Of a DNA stretch of 64,000 nucleotides, positions 36,910 through 48,242 are shown piece after piece. The notes below the pieces were generated by a model. The model saw only the letters and a program-made list of their open reading frames with translations. It was not told the origin of the DNA and did not search any database. The DNA comes from Macrostomum lignano (Eukaryota), in NCBI GenBank assembly GCA_002269645.1, contig NIVC01000038.1:558001-622000 (forward strand), given 5' to 3'. Positions within the stretch are counted from its first letter, which is position 1, and every line of letters starts with the position of its first letter. The position numbers and the translations under genes were made by a program.

Positions 36910-39900
36910 TGTGATGTCTATGGTATTGAATACGAGCTATTTATTTTGACTCTTGCAGTTCACTAACTCTGTTACTTTCTAAAACAAGACTGCGCATTTT
37001 CTTACGGCTACGAGCCGGATTCAACTATACAATCGTATGCACTTTTATCTGTCAAACCTGACAAACCTATTCGGACCCATTTCGACACAACAAATTCCGA
37101 CGAGGACGACAATGGAAACTTTTAACTGCAGCAATCCGCGCAGCTGGGTACGAAGACTCGAATTTTACCTGGCGGCAAACAAAATTACGGATTAGGCGCT
37201 AAATAAAGCTAATCTGCTCACGTTGATTGGTGAGGAAGCATTCTCAATATTACGGAATTCAATCGCTCCTCAGAAGTGCAAGGACAAGACCTACGATGAG
37301 CTACTTAAAGCGCTCAAATCTCAATTTGTGCCCACAATGAGTTCGATTGCACAAAGATTTGTGTTTGCTCAACGGAAGTAAAGGGATGGTGAAACAGTGG
37401 CCGAATTCGTGGTAAGTCTACGAAGCCTCAGTGCAAGCTGTAATTGCGACACCTTCTTGGATCAGGCGCCTTTTGTTTGTCCGAATAGGTTTGTCATTTA
37501 GACGCCTTTGTTTTCGGTCTCCGAGACGAGCAAATGCTGAACAGACTGCTTACATCATTAGAAGAAAAGTCTTCATTTAAGGACGCAGTTGAAGCAGCTC
37601 AGGTGATTGAAAATGCGTGCAAAAATGCACGAAGCATTCAAGGCCTTGCAAGCGATGTGAAGAGATTGGACACAAGAAAAGTGAAGCCTCAGACACATAA
37701 GCCATCCACATTTCGAGGCCCTACTGGAACTGCTCCATTTCCATTTAAGTTGCGCCCAACAAATAAGTCAGCAAATCAACGGAAGTGCTATCGGTGTTCC
37801 GCTATGGACCACTTGGCAAACGCTTGTCCGCACTGCAACAAACAATGCAAGAAGTGCGGTAAGGTAGGCCATTTGGGAATAGCTTGCAGATCAACAGTAC
37901 CATCAAATGGATTTCATAATAAGCAAATCGTAGAAATCACACCTGGTGAACTAAGCAGCAACCGTTCAGATTCGCCACCCAGTATCAACAGATTGTCTGG
38001 TGGAAAGGCACGTGGCTACTTTTTAGATATGAAGAAGATAAATGGTACTACTGTCCATCTGGAAATTGATACTGGAGCCGAACGAACAATCCTGACTAAG
38101 GAAACTGCAGAAAGACTGGGATTAAAGCTAAAGCCCAGCAATACCCACCTCCGACACTACTTGGGGGGAGAAATTGAAGTATTTGATGAATGTATGGTCA
38201 CTGCCGAATACATAGATCAGAAGAAGCAGCTTCCGATACTGGTCTGGAAAAGGATCGAATTTGCTTGGTCGAGACTGGATGGGCAAGGATGGATTGAAGC
38301 TAAACTGAAATGAGATTTTAAACAATTTAGAAGATATTAGAAAGGTTGTTACCAATCAAGAAAAAAATGATCTGGTTGAAATCCTCAGCAACTATTCTGA
38401 CGTGTTTAAATAAGACATCGGAAAGATATCAGGAGTGAAAGCAGTTGTGAAAATAAAAGAAGCAAGTCAGCCGGTTTTCTGCAAAGCTCGCACCATGCCT
38501 TTTGCAATGAAGCCACTTGTTGAAGCTGAACTTGATCGCCTAGAAAAGCAAGGTGTTATTCACCCCGTCACGCATTCTGACTGGGCCACTCCGATTGTAC
38601 CGGTGCTAAAGCCTGACGGTACATCAGTGAGGATTTGCGCCGACTTTAAAACAACCCTGAACAAAGTTCTACTTGTCGATCAGTACCCTCTACCGAGATA
38701 GGAAGACCTCTTTAGTGCTTTGAATGGAGGGAAATATTTTATTAAACTGGATGCGACACAAGCCTTTCTACAGCTGGAGCTTGATGAAGATTCCAAGCAG
38801 TACATGGTACTCAATACACACAAAGGACTATACCAGTGTCAGCGGTTGCAATATGGCTTGGCAAGCGGACCTGCTGTATTTCAACTGGCTGTGGACAAGA
38901 TGCTACAGGGATTGAATGGGGTCATTTGCTTTATTGAGGATGTCCTTGTGGTTGGCAAGAACTCCGAAGAACATTTGAACAACCTGCGAGCTGTACTACA
39001 ACGTTTCCGAGAACGTGGCGTGAGACTAAAGCAATCTAAATGTAAGTTTATGCAGCAATCAGTCACATTCCTTGGATACAGAATGGATGAAAATGGAATC
39101 CATCCCACTGGAGACAAAGTTAGGGCGATTCGGGATGCACCGAGACCTGAAAATATTTCTGAATTGAGAGCCTGGATTGGGCTGGTAAATTACTATGGGA
39201 AGTTCATCCAAAACCTAGCTACGTTAATGCACCCATTCTATAAGAGATTGCGCAAAGAAGCCGATTTTGATTGGTCGAACGATTGTGAGTCTGCCTTTAG
39301 TGAAATAAAGGACCAACTCATTTCGAGCAAGGTACTGATGCGCTATCACCCGTCGAAGAAGCTGAAGTTAGAGTGTGATGTTTCACCCTACGGTCTTGGA
39401 GCTGTGATCTCGCATGAAACGCCGACTGGGGATAGACCGATTGCATATGCATCAAGAACTCTGTCGTCGGCTTGAAAGACTTACGCCCAGATAAAAAAAG
39501 AGGCTCTCGCGATAATTTTTGGTCTAAAGAAATTTAATGAGTATTTGTTTGGTCGATCATTCACGCTGGTGGATCACAAACCTCTCATAGCGATATTTGA
39601 TCCACAAAGACCGATTCCACCTGTAGCAGCCAGTCGATTGCAAAGATGGGCCATGCTCCTTGGTGCGCACTCGTACGACATAAAGTTCAGAAAAACTGAC
39701 CATCACTGCAATGCTGATGGGCGATCAAGGCTCCCGGAAAAGAGTGAGGACAATAACGAAACAACCTCGAGCTTGGTTCAGCAAGTCTTAATTAGCAGAC
39801 TTCCAGTGCAAGCTAACGTCATCGCAGAAGAACCTTGAAGGACCAAATTCTCAAGAAAGTACTGATTTTATCCAGGCAAGGATGGCCAGATTCCGCCACT

Positions 39901-41314
39901 GAAATCGAAGCTAGTTTGAGGCCGTACTATGAAAAGAGACATGAGCTTGGCATAGAGTCAGGTGCACTGTTGCTAGGAATGCGAGTAATTGTTCCACAAG
40001 TTTTGCAGCGTTTGGTTCTTGAAGAGTTTCATGAAGGTCATCCAGGTATGGTTCTTACCAAGTCAAGGGCCAGGATGTACTGCTGGTGGCCACAGATAGA
40101 CAGGGACATTGAAGACAGTGTGAGCAACTGCCGAGGGTGCCGACTACAGCGTTCAAATCCACCGGAAGCACCTCTCAGTCCATTTTCGTGGCCAACTACT
40201 CCTTGGACAAGAATTCATGTAGACTATATGGGACCATTCAGGTCGTGGATGTTTCTAGTTGTTGTTGATGCGACTAGTAAGTTTGCGGAGGTGATACCCT
40301 GAAAAATGCAACATCTGAAAGCACGATTCGATCATTGAGAGAAATATTTGCAAGATTTGGTTTACCACGAGTGCTTCATTCTGACAATGGTTCTCTATTC
40401 ACGTCATATAAATTTAAGGATTTTTAAAGACAAAATGGTATTCGACACTCTTTGAGTAGTCCTGCTCACCCAATGTCAAATGGATTGGCTGAAAATATGG
40501 TAAAGCAAGTAAAAAAGGCTTTAAAAGCATCAGGCGAAGGCGACATACTAAAGCAGCTAGCAAACTTCATGTTCCGGGCCAGAGCTACACCTCACAGCAC
40601 AACTGGAAAGACTCCATCGGAACTTCTTTTTGGTAGAAATCTGAGAACAAAACTGTCGTTGCTCTTTCCCGATGCGGAATCAAAGGTCTTGTGCGCCCAA
40701 GACAAACAAAAAGAGCGACATGACACTAAACGAACGGCGTCAGTGGACTTTTTCGTTGGAGAGAGAGTTCTGGTTCAGGATTTACGAGGAGGAAAAGACA
40801 GATGGGCTCTTGGAACTATTCTGAGACGCACAGCCCCGTTGACTTACTCTGTTCGAGTTGGTGATTTACTTTGGAAACGTCACGCGGATCAGCTTCTGAA
40901 GACAGGACAACGACTACAAGAGACTATTGAGCCAAAGCTGATATGGAATGATTCTAAAGTTCTGCTGAGACAAAACAAGATGCTTCACAGTTTACAGAAA
41001 AGGCTGGTAGAAATTTCGGTCAACTACCTGAGAAGTTTGAAACCGACCAGCGACCTGCACCTGGTTACAATCTCCGGAACAGAGCATTGTTAAAAATGCC
41101 AACACGTTACAATTCAGGAAAGGGAGGGGTGTGATGTCCATGGTATTGAATGCAAGCTATTTTATTTTGACGCTTGCAGTTCACTAATTCTGATACTTTC
41201 TAAAAGCAAGACTGCGCATTTTCTTACGGCTACGAGCCGGATTCAACTATACAATCGTATGCACTTTTATCTGTCAAACCTGACAAACCTATTCGGACCC
41301 ACTTCGACACAACA
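36910..41314 (+). mobile_element. Full-length degenerate Gypsy LTR retrotransposon
   Basis: LTRs 36910-37092 and 41130-41314 (TGT...ACA; 7 substitutions and 2 indels by hand). TSD TGAAC at 36905-36909 and 41315-41319. PPT aggaaagggagggg. Gag with two CCHC knuckles, protease LEIDTGA, RT (motif decayed to FIED), RNase H LECDVSPYGLG, integrase H..H/C..C. Many stops and frameshifts. Confidence 0.95.
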
Positions 41315-42484
41315 TGAACCAAACATGCTTACTACTTTCTTCCGTTGTTTGTTGGTGACGGCTTCAATGCAGATATCCTCTCTCCATCACAGCGCACAGT
41401 TCTTTTGTGAGCTCTATTGATTCGCAATATGGTATTTGCTTTCATCAATGTTAGCTCACTATACCCTCTAGCATTTTCCATGGTTCCAGGATCCCGAAGT
41501 GTCCCATGACTATCCGGTCTCTATGCAACGTTAGCAGACGTCAATGCTACACGTAAGCTACCTTTTGTACAAATTCGGCGAAACCTTATAACGAGTACAT
41601 GGTATGCGTGTCTACATCAGTCCTTTTCCTTTTCGTTTTCCTTTCGAAATCAACTGCTAAGTAGCTTTTTGATAATAATTTGCAGCAGAATTAGGCCAAG
41701 CATACATTCTACCAGTTGGTTGCTAACTTAACTTAACTTAACGTAAGTTAACTTACCTGTTGGTTGCCGCATGCCAAAATAAACAAATAAAAACTGATTG
41801 ACTCTGAAAAACTGATTAGAAATTTTTCGTATATTTAAAGGAATAATTTAACATCTGTAGCTATCTCTAAAGCTTCAAACTGCTGCGAAAACTATTTTTA
41901 AAATGGTAAACTACGGAACAGTACCAGCTGTTATTTAGAAAATTATACTCGTATAAGTAATAGAGTCTACAATTATCAAGTTCCAAAACAAATATATTGT
42001 AATTTAAAATATGTGGTTAATTCCTAAGGCTCATAGTGCCAAAACTTCATGTGATCACAAGAAGCGTATATATATTGATACCAAGCTACATGATTTACCC
42101 CTACCGTTAGTGGTTCTGAGTACGGTTGACATTCATGAAACGCTCACATAAAATCACAATAGAAATAAATGTGTAAAAAAATTAGAAACCACAGCAAACA
42201 TAATATTATTTATAGCTATTTTAGATATCATCATGCGCATGCTCATTTGACACATTGACATTAAATTTAAATTAATCTAAATTGATTAAAACTAACAATC
42301 AAAACTATTGTTGGTTTTGATTAAACATAGTATATAATAAGACATTTAGTATAGGTGGATTATAGTAAAATAGATTGAGTGAGTTTAGAAAAGTTTTAGA
42401 GATTTAAAGCGTCTTTTTGACGAAAAACAAACGCAATAAGTGTACATATGCTAATCCTACTATGATAGAAGGCAAATTAAGATA

Positions 42485-43344
42485 CGAGGGTGTCCCAAAA
42501 ATAGCGGAAAAAATTGATCCACAGACTAAATGCGAAATCAGAATTTAATGAACCAAGCGTCACTGAATAGCTAGATAATCTATTCTACTGTTTTATTGCT
42601 TTTTGAATTTCGACAAAATGTTTTTTTCCTTCTAAAGATATGGCTGAAAGCAGAGCAGGGGTTAGGGAGTAGATTTACACCAAGTCAAGCCCACTAGTTC
42701 AACCATAGACAGAACTTTTGCAACAGAAGAAAAAAGAGCAGAAGCATCTGCTCAGAAGCAGAAGCAGCAGAAGAAGAACAGAGGCATGAGCAGAAGAATC
42801 AGAAGAAGAATCAGAAGCAGATTTGACGACAGAAGAAACAGCACTGATACTAACAGAATCAAGAGGTGTTCGCATGGAAAAGACTGGGCAGACCAAAACC
42901 TCAATTCATCGAATTTTTCCTCTGCTGAAGAAGCACCTGCGTGGGCGCATCTTCGACCATCGCGACAACTTGGAGGGAGAAGTCCGGCGAGTTCTGATGC
43001 ACGAGATTCCGCGTCGAGCTTATGCAGATGCCATCAATGCATGCATTCTTCACGCGATGGACCAAGTGCTGCAAGCTGAGGGATGACTTCGTCGAAACAT
43101 CTTCAATCGATGGCGATGGCGATGCTGCGTGACCGACTTTTCTGGGCTTGACTTAGTGTAACTCTACCCCCTAACCCTTGTTCTACTTTCAGCCATATCT
43201 TTAGAAGGAAATAACATTTTGTCGAAATTAAAGAAGCAATAAAACGGTAGAATAATTATCTATTCAGTGACGCTTGGTCCATTAAATTCTGATTTTACAT
43301 TCAGTCTGCGAATCAATTTTCCCACTATTCTTGGGACACCTTCG
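42485..43344 (+). mobile_element. Tc1/mariner deletion derivative (860 bp) with ~205-bp TIRs
   Basis: TA|CGAGGGTGTCCCAA...TTGGGACACCTTCG|TA. TIRs 42485-42693 and 43143-43344. Internal transposase C-terminal remnant IFPLLKKHLRGRIF...EVRRVL...QAEG. Confidence 0.88.
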
Positions 43345-43617
43345 TATATCTAAAATTATTTAAGTAAGACTGGAAGACTACGGTATACTCGTAATGTTCG
43401 TTTCGGCTTTTCATTTCGCACTTACTTTGCCAGAATATTTTAGTGTACTCGTATCAAATTTTGCAGATGCTCACCACGTTTTTAAAATTGCGCTCGTATT
43501 TTATTTTAAAAGTTAAGGCAACTTACTGCTTGAAAAAATCTTCAAAATGTTAGTAGGTTAGTGAAAATGTTTTATAAATTGATAGTCATAAATTACTCCA
43601 CCATCTTCAATTATATT

Positions 43618-46600
43618 TTATTTTTTTTGCGGCTTAGAAAGTTTCAAAAGCTGGTCCAGCTTGGATTCAATGTTTGAACTTCGTTGCTCCTGTCGATTCA
43701 TTCTATCTTCAATTTTTTGGTATTGTTGCTTCAGCTCTGTAAACACAGTCTCACTGCTGTTCGTCTCTTGCTGCTTTTTCGAAGGCAGATTCGGTTCCAC
43801 AGATACATTTTCTTCATATACTTGCGTCTCCTTTTGGAGCCCGCGATAGCTTACCTTTCCTTGGCCTTGAGTATTCGCATCGTCCAGCATCTCTTGTAAT
43901 TCCGCTTTCAACTCCGACAATTCTTTGCCCGTGTGCGCCTTCACCACGTCGAAGTCGTTTCTGTTCCACTCGGTGTCGAGCAGCAGGCGGGACCGGCACC
44001 GGCGGAACTGTATCGCCTGGAACTTTAGGAACCGGTTGTACTCTTCAGGGTAGTCCTCCGTGTCGTTCGGCCACCTAGAGGCTTTCTGAAATACAATTTT
44101 TTTCATAATAGTATATATGTTATTTAACAAATCACGTTTACCCACAGAAATAGAGCTGATGGCAGCTAAAAATCGAATTAGTGGTCCAAAATCTGCATTC
44201 AGCTTTGATCCCATTTTATACGAGCGTAATAACGACGCACATACAAAATATATGACTTACAACAAACAGATTTCGAAAAGCCACTTACGTCATCAGTGAC
44301 TGCATTTTTCGGGCAAAACTTTTTCATTAGGAAATTGTAAATGTACTCCAGAAAACTCAATGGCGGTGGAAATTGAGTCAGCTCCTGATACTCATCTAAC
44401 ATCTGGAAAAACCGCTTTCTCCAGACGCCGATCGCCACGCCATAAATTTGTGTGACTCGCAAATTAAACAATGCAATCAGCAAGTTCATCATCACAACAT
44501 TCACCAGGCCCATGAATAAGAATATTACGAAATAGTTAAACCATTCATAGCCTTGCTTGATGGCGACTTTTCCTAGCTCCGTGCTATCTGGAGAGTAGCT
44601 CAACTCGATCTGATCGAAGTTGCCGAACAGCAAGTTGAAAGGTAGCGTGGCAGCTTGAATAAACGTTTCCCATCCATTGCTTAGAGTAGCGATTTCTTCT
44701 GTAGGAGTCCAAGCGTTAGAAAACAGCAGGCATACAAAGAATACTCCAAAACAGCAGAAAATCACGAACAAGACCACCAGGAAAGGCAACAAGTCGTATA
44801 CAATTAGATTCCAAAGCATGTTAATCATTGGCCCAATTGTCTCGAAGTACGTCAGGAACGTGACAGATCGAAAGCAGAACAGTGAGTACGACACGCACAG
44901 GACAACTTGACTGGGATAAGCATCCTGCAGCTGAAAGCCCATCCCATAATATAACCATCTTGCAACAAGGCCGGTGAGCAGAAGCAGAATCGCCAGAGCA
45001 TCGAAAATGTTGAGTCCGTCAACAATGTAGGCGGGAACAGATCGTACATGAGAACCGATCTTGCAGTTCTCTCTAGCTTTTCGTAGTCTCCAGATTTCAC
45101 TCGCTTCTTGCAAGCCAAAGGAAAAAAGATAGGCAACAAGAAGAATGTCCCACTTTGGTTCTAAGAAACTTTCCTCGAAATTTATAACGTACCAACCAAA
45201 GAATACGAGGAACCCTACGAATGCGACAAAGTGGGTCCAAAACCTTGCCAGTGGAGAATCCGGTCTCGAAATTTTTGGCCTGCAGCTGCAAGCGCTGTGG
45301 CAACAGTCGCACGGAAGACAGCTTCCGGATAAACCTCGTTTTGAGCAGTCTGAAATGGGCTTCCTCCACTCTTCTTTGATAACTGAGTAGATGCAGTCGG
45401 TGGCATACAGATCCGGGTTGTCAGCTTTTTTCACCAGTTCTAGCACGCTTCCGTATTGAATTTTCCCTTCTTTAAAGTCTCGGTACGGAAACTTCGGTCC
45501 CAAGCAGTCGCGATTTTTCTTCATTGCTGCTGCTTCGCTATTTAAAGCCAAATTTTCTTTATGCTTCATTTCACCTTTGATGTACTTTGACAGCAGCTGG
45601 AACTCGATGATGTTAGCGTTAAGAAATAGCTCATTGAGTGCGTTTACTGCAATGTTCGTGATCTTGCTTTTCACTTGAAGCAGCTGCTCATGCTTGCCCT
45701 TTGCCTTGGCTCTCATCTTGATGATCTCGGGTTCCAACTGGATGAGCAAGCTGAGGCAGCACGGAATCAGCTCGAACTGTCGAGTCAGAATCAGGTCAGG
45801 CAGGATCTCATCACGATGAAAGAATGTGGCCAAGTCTAGAAGCGCCAACTCAGAATTGGAATCCACATGAGTCAGGTGCTTGAACGTGTTCAGTCTGGGA
45901 AAAGCTCTCTGGAATTCTTCGTCGTTCGTTACTGTGTCAATGAAATACTGCGTAAATTGCCTCTCGGTTTCTCTCGTGATGATTTCCAGGCTGAGTGCCG
46001 CGCGAAACAGTTTTTTGGAGTTCCATTCCAGCGTTTTAGTCAGAACTATCTTGTCTTTTTTTTGCTGGTTTGTACTGTAGTGATTGGTTATGGACACCAG
46101 AGTCATTCGCGCTGCTGACCTGTTGGAAAGTTTAAGCGCTCTTCTTGGCGGATCCAGAAGGCGCCATACGTCCGTCATTTTAATTTGTTTCTGAACATTT
46201 GGTAACATCCCGGAGCCTGTTTCGTTATTCTTTTTATTTTGAGAGGTACATGTATCAGAGCTTGAATCTTCATTCGGTTTCTTGTTGTATTTCTTCATAG
46301 CCTGACGGAAGTCAAAAAAGTTTCCGCTTTCAATGGCATAGTCAACGCATGTCTGTCCTGAATGCGATTTGCTCCAGAGACTCAATCCTTTTTCAAGCAA
46401 GAAAATTATATTTTCCTGATGTCCGTAAGCACAGGCAAAGTGCAAGCAGGTCTCTCCGTGATGCGAGTTCTTGCAAGATTGTAACTGGACTTTTTTTTTA
46501 AGCAGGCTGTTTGTAGTACTTTCCGATATATTTTCGATACTTTTTAACATAGGCTGATCTAGCTTGTACTGACCTGAAAATGTGTGAATTATGTGAGCAC

Positions 46601-48242
46601 CAGTCTTTGAATTGACCAAGAGTTTATCGAAGTAACTCCTGGCAGTTTTGTCCGAATGAACTTTATCTAGCAGCTTGCAGAGCACAAGAGCATCCAGCTT
46701 TGTTGCGTGCAGGCAGTTTAGACTGAGATTGTTGGTGGCTTCCACATCCACTCCCTCGCTGACGAGCAGCGTGAATCGATCCAAAATGTGCTGCTCAAAA
46801 CCGTCATATGTTAATTTGCTCTGCATCAGCGAATGTAGCAAAGTATTTCCTTCTATGTCTGTGCGGCTGAGATCCTCCTTTGTCATCTCTTTGATAATGT
46901 TCTTAATGTTCAGTTTCACTGAAGAAGTCTCTTCAGTGACGTCGATTGCCAGATGAAGCACCGATTGGTTTTTGTTATTTCGTTTGTTTAAAGCTTTCTT
47001 TATGTCAACTCCTTCACGAAATAACATCGTCTCTAAAAGTTCACTTTTATCTGTTCTTTGTGCAGCGATGTGGAAGATTGTATTGCCCTCTTTGTCGGCA
47101 ATCTGAAGGCTTTGGCCTTCTTTGATCATGTTAAGCAGCTCTCGAACAGTTTCCAATCTGCAATTTTCAACAGCGTAGTGAAGAACGGTGGATTTTTGCT
47201 TGTTCTCATCCATGAGAAAGTCCAGTTCAGTCGGTGGACTCTGGCTCTCAGGTGGGTTAGCAGTCAGACCTTTGTCGCGCTGACAAATGGCGGCTTTAAC
47301 AGCTTTCAGAAGTACAGCGTCTCTTTCAGGGTGCTGAGCCGCCGCATGCAGACATGTGTTGCCCTGCTCGTCTTTCAGTTTGTACCAATTTGGCAGTTTT
47401 TGTTCGTTTAATTTTTCAATAAGTTCGGTTGCTACTTCCTCGTTGTTGTGCTGAAGGGCCAAGTGTAGAACCGTTTCTCCCAGCTTGTTTTTAGATTTTA
47501 ACCAATGATATTCGCTCTGTGTTGGAGCCTTTATCTGTTGCACGGATTTAATGGCATCGATTTCTAGCAGCAAAATGCTAGAATTTTTAGCAGCAAAATG
47601 AGCCATGGTATTGCCTTGCATATCTTCCTCGCCAAGTATGTCTTTTAAATTACCAATTTCTTTCATGATCTCCTCAATAACATCATTTTTGCAATACTGA
47701 AACACACGGTGCAATACTGTTTCATTTCTATTGTTTTTCCATTTCAAGCAAGCTGTTGAAGCTATTTTTTTTACTGTAAGCATCATTTTGTAGTCTTTAG
47801 AGTTTTGAGCTGCCCAGTGAGCGCAAGTGTCTCCGTTAGCGTCTCTTAACCTAAATAGGTTGACCGTTTTCACAGCATTGAAGTTCTGTTCCCAAGACTG
47901 AGCTGAGTGATAGCGCGCTGACAGATGCAGCGGAGTGATTTCGATAATATCAGGACTTGTGAGGCAGTCTGTTCCGAATATCTGGATGAGTTCAGTGAGT
48001 TGAGTTTCTCCATCGTTCTCCATGGCTGCATAATGAGCGGCTGTTTTGCCATTGTCGTCAGATAGCAGCTCCAGATTATTTGGAGCCCTTTTTAAAATAG
48101 CTACGGCATTGGCGAATTCATCTTTATTTTCAGATTCAAGCAGCTCCTTGTTTGGATGTCGAATCGGATTTATTCCCCAAGTACTAATGGTCCTTTTCAA
48201 AGGCCTTTTAGATTTCTTGTTATCTTTAGAATCGTCCGCCAT
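43618..48242 (-). CDS. Ankyrin-repeat TRP cation channel, copy 3, intact (~1473 aa); exons 48242-44289 and 44085-43618
   Basis: 1347-aa ORF with ~15 ankyrin repeats, pre-S1 GSVLELVKKAD..LYATDCIYSVIKEEW, 6 TM segments, pore PFNLLFGNFD, S6 MMNLLIALF, TRP-box-like VWRKRF..LDEY...PPPLS. Phase-0 intron 44086-44288 (GAC|GTAAGT...TTTCAG|AAA) joins to a coiled-coil exon. Confidence 0.93.
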
